Below are positions 24,891 to 38,164 of a stretch of DNA of 64,000 bases, in pieces. The DNA comes from Tubulanus polymorphus (taxonomy: Eukaryota > Animalia > Nemertea): the NCBI RefSeq assembly GCF_964204645.1, contig NC_134030.1:19428210-19492209 (forward strand), written 5' to 3'. Numbering within the stretch: the first letter of the stretch is position 1; each line of letters begins with the position of its first letter. The notes under the pieces were generated by a model, which did not search any database, was not told the DNA's origin, and saw only the letters and a list, made by a program, of their open reading frames with translations. A program made the position numbers and the translations under genes.

Positions 24891-25470
24891 GAGTCAGCGC
24901 CTAGCTATCCAACACGACAGTTTGTTCCACGCGAAAATAAGAATTAGCTCATTTTCATCTTTTTTTTCACCGCCATAGTTTTCTTATTAAACTGAAGAAC
25001 CCCAAAACACTATCACACGCGAAGCCTTTCAACAGATATCAGATATTTTACTCATCTTTAGTCGGTTTCGGATGCCGTTTTCGTTGATACTTGATTCACG
25101 AGTACAAACGAGAAACAAGAAACGTTCATACGATTTTGACTGAAATGTCAAACGAACTGAAGGACTGAGGAACGAGTTAACAACTAAACTAGCTACACCT
25201 GGTGAATCGGGCAGATTTTCGAAATTTGAAATGCGAAAAACGGCTAACGATAACTGACCGAACTTCGACTGCCAGAGAAGTAATCCTGAATTTACATTTA
25301 CTTATGCACACCATCCACTGGTCTTGTTAACCTTCATTTCAAATTAATTCTAATATTTTCATCATTTTTCCTAAGATTTGCTCCGATTCGTTTTGATTCG
25401 GTGTCCAAATACAAGCCTGCGCCACACCTACCGGCAGCGAAACTGAATGGGACGAGGCGCTGCGGGTAAC

Positions 25471-25782
25471 CAACGATATCATAATAGAACGATAACCACA
25501 CTCAAACGTGGTGAACGGATAATAAGATAAAAACCCACTATCTACAGATTAAAAGAATCTAAAAACAAGAATTTATTTATTCAATCTAAAATACATAGAG
25601 TACACAACGTTTCGATCTCATCCTAGAGATCATCGTCAGGTGTGACAACGCACCTGACGATGATCTCTAGGGTGAGATCGAAACGTCGTGGCTTATATAT
25701 ATTTTAGATTGAATAGAAAAATTGTTGTTTTTAAATTCTTTTAATATGTAGATAGTGGATTATTATCTTATCAACGATATCA
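25471..25782 (-). mobile_element. Second PLE-like hairpin insertion (different family) with hammerheads on both strands
   Basis: 11-bp TSD caacgatatca (25471-81 and 25772-82), a tail of about 40 bp, and imperfect inverted arms of about 120 bp (25522-25644 / 25649-25771). Confidence 0.8.
25650..25692 (+). ncRNA. Minimal type I hammerhead ribozyme motif with canonical GUC site (mirror copy on minus strand at about 25602-25643)
   Basis: Plus copy: CAC-CUGACGA-u-GAUCUC(uagggu)GAGAUC-GAAA-C-GUC-GUG. Minus copy: ACAC-CUGACGA...GAAACGUU-GUGU. Confidence 0.75.
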
Positions 25783-26896
25783 GAAACTGGAAATAACGTT
25801 TCGCGGGCCTTTGTCCCAATGTCGGACAGAGCTGGCGAGCGATGAACTAAACCTAGTGACGTCACCGTTTTCGCCGACTTCCTAATACGGGCATGTTATT
25901 GTTTCGTTGTTCCGTTCGGGGAATCGGATATAAACTGAAAATTAATTCATTTCGTCTCCCCTGAGACGAACGCAATTTGGCGGCGCGAATATCGATAACA
26001 TTTTAATAACCGACTTTTTATGACATTTTTTACGGCGAAAAAGATATATTGACGGACAGCTGAAATTTATCGTACTAATTACGAATTTAATTGCTCTGAC
26101 AATCGTAGAAATGACGGATACATTCTGCGCGTACTCAACCATGACTTGGGAATAATGAATAATTAATTTCCTTTTGGTTTGGAATAGAATTTTGATAATG
26201 AATTTTGAAGTGTTTTCAATTCTATCATTCTCACTTAGGATGTCGGGTACTAGAATGTTTGGGAGTAACTACAGGTTTGCCGCCAGGTGGCGTGATGATC
26301 ATTCCGCAGTGTTATGGTGTAAAACTAGTTCACTATCAATGAACTTTGAACGGAATTCTTAGGTTTCAAAATCGATACATTATCACATGACCCACACCCA
26401 GGTATTTGATAAATTCATAATTTTGATACTGGCATATCCTTTATTGTACTGCGCCGATTGAAGGTAACACAATTGTGTCGTATCTTGATTATACCTAAAT
26501 GATTACAGTTCTGGGTCCAGTTCCACAGTTCCGAGTTGGTATTTAACTCTGAATTGACTCATCGAAAATGAACTTACTTTAACTCAGAGTTAACTCCAAA
26601 CTCATAACTGCGGCACTGGGTCCCGATGATAATAATGATAATACCAATGTTTAGAATTCAGTTGACATCGAATTTGAAAGAAAAAACTTTATACTGAGCA
26701 CGTTGTATTTAGGTAGCCCGCATGACGTCATACGCATAGCAAGTTGTCAGTGCGCGTTCAGAAAATTCGTGCACCTGTTATTCATTTTTCAAACCCGTAT
26801 ATTTATTCAAGTTCAGTGTTTATCGAAAAACTAACATTTATTACTGGTACGTATATCGGTTAGTAAACTATTGAATGAGATCATAATTTGAACGGA

Positions 26897-27083
26897 TTCG
26901 TTCGTTCGTTCGTTCGTTCGTTCGTTCGTTCGTTCGTTCGTTCGTTCGTTCGTTCGTTCGTTCGTTCGTTCGTTCGTTCGTTCGTTCGTTCGTTCGTTCG
27001 TTCGTTCGTTCGTTCGTTCGTTCGTTCGTTCGTTCGTTCGTTCGTTCGTTCGTTCGTTCGTTCGTTCGTTCGTTCGTTCGTTC
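26897..27083 (+). repeat. (TTCG)46 microsatellite
   Basis: Uninterrupted tetranucleotide run. Confidence 0.98.
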
Positions 27084-29531
27084 TATCGTTCTATCGTAAA
27101 AATTACGACATCTTTCGCACAAGATCGAAAACTCTTTGTTGTCACACCGCGCAAAAAACCGGCTACCAAAAGTATTTGTGTCTCATTAATCATTAAACTT
27201 CAACCCTGGAAAAGAATTTTGAATTAATTCTTGGATGAGAATGGAACAAACCGCACCATCCTTAGAATTTTTTTTCGCGAAATCCGTTGCGAGCTCAGTT
27301 CGGAAATGCGCACTTCCTTTGGCGGACAATCGAACCACGCGAAATTCAGATCAAAAGATTTCTTATGATATCGTAATCCGAAGCCGATCCAAAAGGTTTT
27401 AGAAACAAAGTTCACAACTGGAGGATCTGAAAAAATCGGAACTCGGAATCGAGAAGGAAAATAAAATGAAATTCGCGGATAAAGCTGCACCGCATAGGTC
27501 GCTCTGCGTTGAATATCTTTGAAGAAAAGATTCAATTTCCGAGTGGGTTAGATTTAAATTCGTTCGTTTTACCAATCCTTTGTAATACGAAAAGCAACCT
27601 CGATAAGAAAACAGGTAATTTGCACACCCGAGCGACACCCAACAGCCTCTCCCCTCAATCCGCCCGTGAACGCGGTAAGATACCTACTAAACACAAACCC
27701 TTTGTTTAACTGTTCATTCATTCTTACATTCATAAATTTGGACGTTAACGAATCTGGCCGTCTTCGAGCCGAATTTCGTCCCGAAAAAGATCTACCCGCC
27801 CGATGTTGGGAAACCGTTCTTTCCTTGGAGATAAATCATCCTTCCAGGTTTATCAACTTGCAATTGCTTGTAAACTAATAGAAATTGACTAGCAATCAAG
27901 TTACATTAGATTACATAAGAGATGAGGGAAAACCCGGTTTAATTCAGCCGAAAAGAAGAAAGTTCTTGTGAAAATTGATTTTAGCAACTTTTCGTTTATA
28001 GACAAACAGCTATAACCAACCATACTCAGTTCTTAATTACCGAGATCGCCCGATCAGTACGATGATGGCTATTAGTATATAGCCGAATCATGGTTCAAAT
28101 ATGTAAAACCTTTTCTCGAGAACTTTTCATGTTTAGCTGAAGTGATGTGGGTACTCATCTTACACGGATATGTAATGTATTTTTTTCGACTCGGGATGAG
28201 TAGACCTAAAGCTACTTCAGGGCACGGTTCAACAGATCTTCGGGCTCAACTTTTCGTAAACTCGTCCATTCAAATCAATCCATTTCTAAACAGTTTATAT
28301 AATGAACATCGTCGATTTACGAGTTTTTTGCATAATTTCGTGAGGATCTTCGGGGCTCGAAATCGGCAGGAATTGGATTTTAACCCCGAGGTTTCCGAGA
28401 ATCAAAGTAATTTGCATCCGGGCCAACTGCTATGACCACATAATTCGTTAATTTCAGTTTTCTCTGACTCTGGGGCACGTTTTCTAACCTGGATGACGGA
28501 ATTGGTGTAACTGCTTTGTGTACGAAATGAATGTTATGCTCTTTTCTAAAAATTGTTTTCGCTCTATCCCATCTGCAGGAACCAAACGGATTCTGAGTTA
28601 ATGGCAAAAACACGTCTGTTAATACAACGGTGTGTAGGGTGAGCGGTAAAAATGTCTAGATCATTTTCAAATAATTCTCTTTTTATTCTATACGGGTTCG
28701 TAGTCCGAACGAATTTAAAAATACGAATCAGTTGAAAAATCGATATTTATACGAAAGACAGAGCACCGTCCATCACGGCGAAAACGAGGTTGCATACGGC
28801 AGACGATTTGTTAAATCGAGCGCGATGCGGTGACGAGCGAGATTCGGCGAGATTTGACGAGGAAGGGAAATACGCGTGAACTGATGTCGTAAATAATACC
28901 GCAATTTCCGGTAACGATTCAGTCGACTTCCGGTCGGCCTCGTCAACTTTTTCTGATTGATTGCTACAATTTATACGATGTTACTAGTATGTAACGTGCG
29001 TGCATTCTATCTAATCAATATCGCCTCCAAATGTAAACAATAGTTATGTACCATTTTGCCCCTTAAAAGTCGAATAGATATCGCGTAACCGCTGCCCTGG
29101 TAAGTTCAAAAAGATGTTGGGTACATTTTCTGCCCTTAATCTAACGTCAAATAGGCGTCATGTGATTGATTAACCTTACCAATAATAATCCTTCACCAAA
29201 GATTTCAAAAAGAAAGTCTATCGCCACTTCGTGAAATCATTATTCATAATTAAATAACATTATTTTACTGCAATTGTTTTTACTGAAATATGAAACAATA
29301 TTATGCAATAGTAAATTCATATAGTTACAATAATGTAAATATAAATTGTAAAGTAAACTGTAAAGTTGCTGCCAATATTTTATTGTAAAAATACAACAAT
29401 ATTTCTAACAGTGTATATCTACCAACGAGTCAAAGTTTTGAACTTTTTAAAAATTTTATAAATTTCGATAACTTACACACGAATGAGTCAATAGCGACCG
29501 AGGATATATCACGATATATTTATTCATTTAC

Positions 29532-29666
29532 CTTTACGTCGATTAGGTTACGATTCAACTGCTTCAGTTCGCTGACGATATCGTCGGTGTTGAATTCCGT
29601 TTCCAGTCCGGCTGCCGTGCATAAGATTATCAAAAACACCCCCATAACACTTCGCGTGTAATCCAT
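29532..29666 (-). CDS. Tk: Tachykinin-related peptide precursor, first coding exon (signal peptide + start of propeptide): MDYTRSVMGVFLIILCTAAGLETEFNTDDIVSELKQLNRNLIDVK
   Basis: ATG in gaaATGg context, 16 nt after a strong acceptor (cattttcgtttcag|, exon start 29682). Hydrophobic core VMGVFLIILC with A-A-G cleavage site. 45 codons ending at donor AAG|GTAAAT (phase 0), which joins in frame to the 18104 exon. Too short to appear in the ORF track. Confidence 0.8.
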
Positions 29667-31277
29667 TTCGATTCTTCGGTGGCTGAAACGAAAATGTTGA
29701 CGATATTGAGCTTTATCCGAGATATATTAGTCATATCTCGGGAGTTAACAGTTACTAACGGAAACACAGGAAGAATGCACGGGTCTCGTGCGAAGAAAAC
29801 AGGAAGGGACCGCCGCAACGAACGTAATCCCAATTCCAATAACAAATTCCATAGAATACATGGGGAAGTGTACAACACCATCTCTACGATCAGTTAGCAA
29901 TTCATTTATGTTGGCTTAGAAATTCTGAACTTAGTATTTTCTTCATACAGATTGCTGAATGCTTTTAATGTAAATTCGCATATGTTTAGTTAATGTATAT
30001 TGCTTTCGTTATGATAGTCCCGAAATCGTCAATATACCGAAATCTTTGTTTAGGGTGTACAACATTACTAATTTATTGCATTGCAACGTATTGAATCGAT
30101 TCACTTTTCATTTCGGTGAAGGTGTTTTTAATCATCGACCTTCCCGAATTTACGTTTTTTTTTTAACTCGCGAATCCAATCTAGCCTCGATAAAGATTTA
30201 CACTTTCTACCCTCGGTTTTATTATAGTTTGCTTTGATAATCAATTTCCTCAAAGAGAAGAAAAAAATCAATTTTGAATCTAAATCTACAATAATTTGGT
30301 GAGTAACTACTAGCGACACCTGGTGGATCTCATTTCGCCCTTTTCTGCAAATGTAAGTTAAAAGTCAATCCTCGTTTCGGAACTGAATCCTCGATTGCCA
30401 CAGTAGCGCTGCGGGCACCCACGCGGTTTTACTAGCGCATACGGTAGATTTTCATATCTTCGCTTGCCACTGCAGTCGGTTCGTCAACAGTGCGTTCGAT
30501 GCCTTTTTTCAGAATAATCGAGTAAAAATATTGCGTCGTCACTACCTACAGAGACTCGAAACTACGATCGACAATTCGCCACTTACATCATCAACGCGAT
30601 CTTGTTAAGAATAGCAATCGAATCGATCTATGAATTTGTAAGACGCGTTTATGTCTTTCAGGTCACACCAATCGATAAAATCCCTGTATCTAACAATTAA
30701 TCCAGGTCAGGACAGGTAAACCAATCATGTCAGTCGGTAAAAAATAGCGCTTATTGTGACGGTAAGTATTTTGTCACAGAATTTCACAATATGAAATAAA
30801 TATGACTAATTTTTTTTTTCAAATCGATCGATTTGATCAAAATGACTGCTTTTGCAGTCTAAACCGCGAAATCGAAATATTGACTGTTGAAAAATCTAGA
30901 TTTAATTGTAATTGAAGCAATAAAACTAACATCGACACGCACGCCGAACCCGTTAAATAGTGCAGGTTTGGGTTGAGAAAACAACATATCAGCGTCAGAG
31001 CAATAATAAAAAATTACGTACGTCAAAAACTAACTCACTGGTAGGCTAGAGGCTAGTTCACTAATTACCTCGTAGAAGGAGACATCTTCCAAAATGGCTG
31101 ATGTTGTCTTGATGATTAATAAATTTTGTTACGCTTTTTTCTTTTATTACATCTAATGCCACCTTGTAATCATTCACATTTAAAACCAACCCTTGTCACA
31201 TCAACATGAAGCACTAAGCCCAATAACTGTGATGCCCGTCCTTCAAAAAACTCCAAACAATTTGGTTATCTAGATCC

Positions 31278-31734
31278 TATGGTGGCTGATAAGGGCCAAA
31301 TGCATTAATGTTTACACGACCTCGATTATAGAAAAACTCAAAACGAAACCTATATAGCAAAAGCGAAAACTTCGTTTTTGCTAGGGCGAAAAAACGAAAT
31401 ATCATAGAGCATTGCTCTATGATTTTTTGTTTTTGCTCCATGATATTCGTTTTTGTGCCCTAGCAAAAACGAACTTTCGTTTTTGCTCTATTGAGTTATT
31501 TTCATATGACCTCGATTATAGAAAAATGCAAAACGAAACTTATAGAGCAAAAACGAACTTTTCGTTTTTGCTAGGGCACAAAAACGTATTTCATGGCGCA
31601 ATAATGTTTCGTTTTTGCGCGGTAAAACTCGTTTTTGCGCGGTTCGTTTTTGCTCTATAAGTTTCGTTTTGTGTTTTTCTATAATCGAGGTCGCGTGAAA
31701 ATTAGTGTATTTGGCCCCCTAATCAGCCACCATA
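31278..31734. mobile_element. Non-autonomous TIR element, IS3EU-like (TAYGG termini, 6-bp TSD)
   Basis: agatcc|TATGGTGGCTGAT...ATCAGCCACCATA|agatct. Long TIRs and internal gcaaaaacgaa repeats in both orientations. Confidence 0.7.
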
Positions 31735-34700
31735 AGATCTACACATCGTTAGATATACATTCGTCGTTGTATCGGTTTTTACGGCCTCAAAAATGCGTAT
31801 CCCGATTTTGTAAATTAATTTTCGTATTGGATTGTCAGTTTTTTTTTATTTCCAGTATCGGAATAGTGATAATTGCGCCAATGACGATGAAATCTAGAGT
31901 TGGATCGTTTTTTTTCGTTTCGTTTCGTGTCGCGCGCTGGTATTTCAAACAGTTCTGTTTCGACACGAGCCGCGCCGCCGAAACGATGTTATTTACTCCG
32001 GGAGTAATCGGTTTTCGTCGTCAGTTATAACGCAACTCGTCTATCGTTAATTAGCCGTAATTTCGTAGTAATTATAGTCCGGGAGTAAAAATATGGATTT
32101 GCACGTACGTGTGTGTGTTGGCAGTTTGTCGGGCCGCGGGGTACACGCGACGTGTGTATCAACGAGTCCGCAATTAACGTTAGATTCACGCGCTGTATGA
32201 TAGTTCAGATACGAGAGAGACTCAGCCGCCTATGATCAAAACAAAAACTCTTCTCGTTCGCTACTGAAACGGCCATCACTGTCAATGAAAAGTCCATCGT
32301 AACCCATCCTCCCCCGGCTGGGATTCGAACCTGATGGCATCGTGATTACCAAGGTACGAAACCCTGCTACGCTAGATCGAGTGCGCAGCTTAGACGAACT
32401 TCGGTTATCGGAGTTAGTCGACCTAAGTCGAACTAAACGAAACCGAATGTCAGTTAGTCGGAACCTTGGTCCGGAAATGGGCGACCACGGTCGCTGTAGT
32501 TCCTTTGAGCAACTGATCCCAGACATTTTATCAGTGCAAATTCAAAATCTGATGCATTCAGAACTTCACCTTTAAATTGAAAATGATACTAAAAAACCAG
32601 ACAATTGACATTTACCGTGACGACTAAGTTTGGGAAAAATAAATAAAAATATTTCCACTGTGTCTAAAAGAATGCTGCTGGGCTGCAGATTACCTGGTTT
32701 AAACGTTTTTAATTAAGTCATCACGTGTCTCTCAGTCTGCCAGACATTATCAACCTCACAAAATCCCCGAATCCCTAACTTAAAAAATGTTCATCTTTCT
32801 GCCGCCAAACTTCGCATTAGTTCCCACAAACAACGACGATGTTAACATGGCGGCGGTTTGAATCAGTGGTGCGAAGTGCTTATTTTATGGCTACCATAGC
32901 ATCAACAAGGCACAACGAACGAAACAGTAAAAATTGTTGGACGGTAGAAAAATGCTTTGCTCGGATTTTCTCCCGAGACTACTCATTGTTAGATAGTTTT
33001 CAAAGCAACGCACGGAACACGTTGATGTTTTTTGCTATTAGTTCAACTAAGCCATTTTAACTTGAGACCGATAAGCCTGCGATTTATGTTCTAGAAATAC
33101 GTTTAGATACGTGAACTCGTTTTCGGACGACTTGTTGTCCAAAAACGGGAGTCGAACGTTCTCATTGTTATCTGCACTCCGAATAAGCGCCGTCTCTCGA
33201 AATAACCACCATCCGTCAGTACAGTTTACCGACCAGGAAACAAAGGACAATATTCGAATGAAAATGCGGATACTCTCGCGAGAATTCCCGTGAGGATTGG
33301 ATCTTGAATGCACGCGAATAAGCAGTTGAGTAGTCGATTGCTGCGGCGTGTACCCTCGAAACAATAGTTCAAGTTCAAGTTCAAATCTATTTCGCAGAAA
33401 GCTTGACAGGCTATGTACAGAGATTGAGAGCAAAAACAAACGGACGATAAAATTTACAAATTTTGAACAAGCACAATATTGTGAAAAGGGAGAGAAACGT
33501 AGTTTTTTGTGTGGGCCAAGCAAAGCCCTAAGGACTCGGGAAAAAGGAAAAGGGAAAGGAAATGAGAGTTGATAAATTTCGTTAATGTCAGCAGAGTTTA
33601 TACGCGTAAGCTAGAAAGTTCAGGAGAATGAGCAGAATGAATTAAGAGAAAGAGCCGTAGGTTTACAGTGAACACATTGTACGTATCTGTAAACATGAGA
33701 TATTTTCCATCTCAGAAAATGAATTTGTCATTTACGTGGAGGCGGCGGTTCCGATATGCGAAGAGTCAGTTTACAACTGGATACTCGCCTTCCGTATTAC
33801 CCCTTATTTGTTAGTTTTATTATCTTTATGTAGCGCAACGTTCGCACACACATCTCCTCCAGTTTTTGGCTTTCTGTCGCAGACTCTCTTCTTTCGGGTT
33901 CGAACGACCTTCACAATATGTGAGCACCAATTTACACGTCTTATTAGTAAGACTTTTCATCATAGGCGTCCCCGAGAGGGGTGTTGGGGTAGCGGGCGCA
34001 CCCCTTTTCGAGCTGAAGTTACTATGTAATCAATGTTCAAGATTTGTCTTCCCAATTTGACTAGTCTTTTAGGTCTAAATGGTTCATTTACAGCCTCGAA
34101 AAAGCCTTCAATTTTCAAAAAGTTGTTTAGGGGAGGCCAACCAAGCACCCGGTTTTTTAATACGTTACACTTTCAAATGAAAAATCGAAATACAATTGCA
34201 GATCCCCCGACCATAGACCCGTCTAAACTAGACTGGTCTAATTTGGAACGATACTTTTGTCCTCGTGAACGCTTGGTCCGGTCTAAATTGGAACGGACCA
34301 AATTTAGACCGGTCTTAATTTCGTCGTGTGAACGCGCCTCATATTTGTAAAATAGAAAACTCATTAACTAGACCTAAAAATGCCATGTTAGTTTAGGCTA
34401 TATCGAGTGATCCCTTTCGTCTCTCCTTTTCTATCTGACTGCCTCGCCCACCATCACTCAGCCACTTTTCCGCACCCACCTCAGTCTATCAAGATCAGTC
34501 TCCGATTTTTATCGAGCGCAATCTTAAAGATTCGTCATTCACGCTGTATTTTCGATTTGCAAGTCTATCAACAATCGCTGAAATTTTCTTTTCCCGTCTC
34601 GATCGGAAATATCAAATTCGAAGAAAACCCGCAAAACATGTTATTGTCGTCCGTAGAAACGAGAAAGAAATTGTATTATCAGAAAACTCCTTCAGATTCG

Positions 34701-34854
34701 AATCCCACTTCATAACCTTTAGATTGTGAAGAGAAATATTTGACCGTTGGAAGATCGTATTGCCGTCTGCAGTGACCAGATTCAGCGGTTATATATTTGT
34801 GGAACTTGGCGCGGCGTAACTATATGGAGAATTATCTAAGTCGACATCGTATTC

Positions 34855-35188
34855 TACGGAAGCCCCTAAGTGAAATACGAGATAATTGTTTCTCAATGTC
34901 GAATTATCAATCCCAAATTCGACATAATAAGTCGAAATTCACCATAATTAGTCGAAATTCGCCATAATTAGTCGAAATCATGTTTAATTCGACTTATTTA
35001 TGTAGGAATTCGAGTTATAATGTGGAATTTCGAGTTATTTTATGTTGAATTTCGATAATAATGAGTCTTTGTGAAAATAAAACGAAATTCGACATAATCA
35101 ACTCGAAATTCGACATTATAAGAAAACTCTTAATTCGACTTATTGAATCGTATTTCGACTTTCTTTATGTCGAATTTCGAAGAAATAA
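34855..35188. mobile_element. Truncated IS3EU-like element with internal gtcgaaattcgac repeats
   Basis: Begins TACGGAAGCCCCTAAGTG and has many short palindromic repeats. Right end not found. Confidence 0.45.
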
Positions 35189-35194
35189 GCTCAG

Positions 35195-35330
35195 GGGCCA
35201 GTTGCACAGTCGAGACTTAAAAGTCCATAATTGGTCTTAAATCTTAAGACTGGTCTTTAGTTAGATTGGCAATAGAACGAAGTTGTCCTAGACTGGTCTT
35301 AAGTCTAAGCCATTACTATGCAACTGGCTC
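35195..35330. mobile_element. PIF/Harbinger MITE family C inserted in a SINE fragment
   Basis: cag|GGGCCAGTTGCA...TGCAACTGGCTC|cag. The empty site ctcaggag is seen in the SINE copy at 49080. Confidence 0.85.
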
Positions 35331-38164
35331 CAGGAGTCATCCAACGGACCAGGCGATAGGTGTCTTGCCCGAACACACTACGGGCTTCGAACACTAGACC
35401 TGGCTTCCCCGCAGTCGGGTGCTCTAACCACTCGGCCACAACGCCTGCTCGAACATCCCAAACAACAAGAGCACTGTCAAAGAAAAAAAAACTGTTCTGT
35501 CCTCAAGATGATTTGTCAATAACTAGAATGGTGTTGATATTTTGGGAATTCTAGGACGTGGATTCAGCGATTAATTAATTCATGCAGTCATTCAACACTC
35601 ACACAAGCTGACGGTGTTACTCGAGTCATTGCCATCTTTAAAGATGGTCCAGTGCCGTGTCAGTGTCGATGTTTAAGTCACTCACTTTTACAAAATGGAA
35701 TTATCGAAATCATTAAATATTTTGGTGGTCTATGCGCAAAACGAGAAACGCTTCTTTAAGCTCGGAATACAGCGGGAAAAAATGGAACTCTATGCCTTGA
35801 CGTTTCTCCACCGATTGCCCCGTGCGGTCTGGCGTTTGGTATTCACTCGAAATCGTAAATCGGAAAACGCATAAAAAACCTTCAAATTTTAAAAATTCCC
35901 ACGGCGCTCGTGATTGCCGGCAAATGAGTTTCAGCGATGGTATGTACGTACCCGCTCAAAGTTCGCCATCTTTTGAATATTGATTGGAATATTAACCGCA
36001 TTTTACGTGAATCGAATAGAGGCGCAGTAAGTACTATAGGGTTGGGGCGAATGAAAGCGTCATCGTCACTTGGTTTGATCACAACAACTACACGTGACGG
36101 ATGTGACATTGCTATTATGTTCGCGGGAAGTGTCAAGACAATCAATTACTTAAACATCTCTATTATATACTAGCTAACGTCGCGCTAGATAATACGATAA
36201 TATACTACTAATATTCTCTACGAGTCCCGTTGGCTCACTACTGGTTAACATGCTTGCTTTCTGTGTGCGAGACCCGAGTTCGAACCGCGTAATTTCAACT
36301 TGATTTAAAGTAGAGATTCTTCGATAGTATATCGATATTCACCGAAATTATTCTACTGATTTGAATTTTAGTTTAGCTCAGCTATTCGCTAAGAATTGGA
36401 GCCTTTAATCACAGACATTCCCGTATTTGTACGGAGGCATATCCATCGGCAAGGATTCGAACCTGATGGCATTAAAAGTATCACGACAGGTTGGGAACAC
36501 TGCCCGCGTAGCCCGAGTGCGCAGACAGCGCGTGGCAGTCTCGCGGTGTCATCCGGTTCGAGAGTGGATGTTACGCAAGGACACTTAACAACAAAACCAA
36601 GGCCCTCACCTCAACCCTATGACTTCGCAAAGAAACACCTCAAAGCTTCGACAACAAAGGTTTAACAATGTTAACCGTTTAGAAAAGTTTTCCCGGCTTC
36701 GCTTTTGTTTTCGACGAATAGTTTTATATTGAATGAAGGAAAAAATTGACATTCGGTTAAATTCGAAGTCTTCGGCACGATGTATCAAAAATCGATCGCT
36801 TATATAGGGCGCATTGGTTGGCGCAAAATGTTACGCAAATTAAGTCATTCTCGGAAAGACGGCTTCGCTTTGTTTAGCCTCGAAGATTCATTGCTAGAAC
36901 AGATGTTTTCGCGGCAATATATCCAATCGACCAGGGTTAGCAGAAAACGACCAAAAATGTAAAAAGGAGGAAATGATCTTTAACCTTGTAACATAGTTAT
37001 TTCCAAAATATCGGATGTATTGAATTAGGCAGCGAATAAAATTCACCCCAATCAGTCGCTTGCCGGTTCAGACTGGTTGGAAGATTGTTTGAATGAACCG
37101 GGTCCGAATTTCACAAATCTTTGATCTAACTCTTTGAATGCGGGTTACTTGACCGCCGATCACACATTCCCATATCTGTACTTCAATTTTCGATTTCGAA
37201 TTCAAACCCCCTGTTTCGCTCCCGGCTGGTGCGGTGGAATTGTAAGGGACACCGCGACAAACCGACAAATCAAACGAAATCTACCAATTTAATAAATGAC
37301 AGGGCCAACCCCTATTTTAAGATAAAAAAAGTAAGTTGAACTTTCGAGGAGGGTGGATATTCGCGACAAGACGATTCGATTATGAACACAAGTTCCAATC
37401 GCGTGTCGCAGTAGTCGTACTAATTTAGAGATAGACCCCACCTTCACCTGGGGGCGGAGAGATACAAAGAAAAGATCTCGATTAAATACTTCAACAGTTT
37501 CGCTCGTCGTTAAGTCATAATGATAGCACACATGGGCGGAGTGCGAATACGATTTACGTTTATCCGTAGACGCAATAAGAATTTCAAAATTAACGACGCA
37601 AATTGAATGTGTTCTTTTGGGTGGATCCAGAATGTATTGGATTTCTAGATTTATTTTCAGAAATGCATCAGACAGTTGAATATCAATTTCGCTTACAGCA
37701 TACTGTAACTCGAGACCGGTATCAGCTCGAATTTCGGCATGAATCTGGTACTGTCTAAAATCTGACCGTCTCTGATTCGCAAGAGCAATCAACGATCATT
37801 TCGTTCTGTTCGACTCAAAAAACTGCCAGCTCATACGTGCATCTTCACCCGTCAAGGGATTCGAACCCACTACGCTAAAGTTTTTCCCCGAACCCCTTGA
37901 CCTCACGAGTCGTTGGAGTCGTTACTAGCCGACCAGAATCCAGTCGTACCAATCACAGCGCTTGTAACAAACGACATTGGGCTTCTGTTGGTTTTCCCCT
38001 TAAATGGACCAATCAGCGAACGTTTTACCGAACAAGGAAGTATTTCGCAATTCGATGTATGACGTCATGCTCAACAGCGCCAGTAATGAAATCGCGCTTC
38101 GTGAGGCCAGGGGGAAGCGAGTTCGGTAGTGATACCGGACCCCTGGCAAGCGAGGATGATGTGC

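Noticed and set aside
24374-24904. Gly/Glu-rich or Pro/Ser-rich proteins; likewise ORFs at 26868-27196, 41293-41502 and 59596-60056
   Set aside because: These are translations of microsatellites.
36225-36290. tRNA gene
   Set aside because: A and B boxes are present but I found no acceptor stem or cloverleaf; it is more likely a decayed SINE head.
37289-37792. 167-aa minus-strand ORF
   Set aside because: No ATG start or domain, and it runs into repeat family H.
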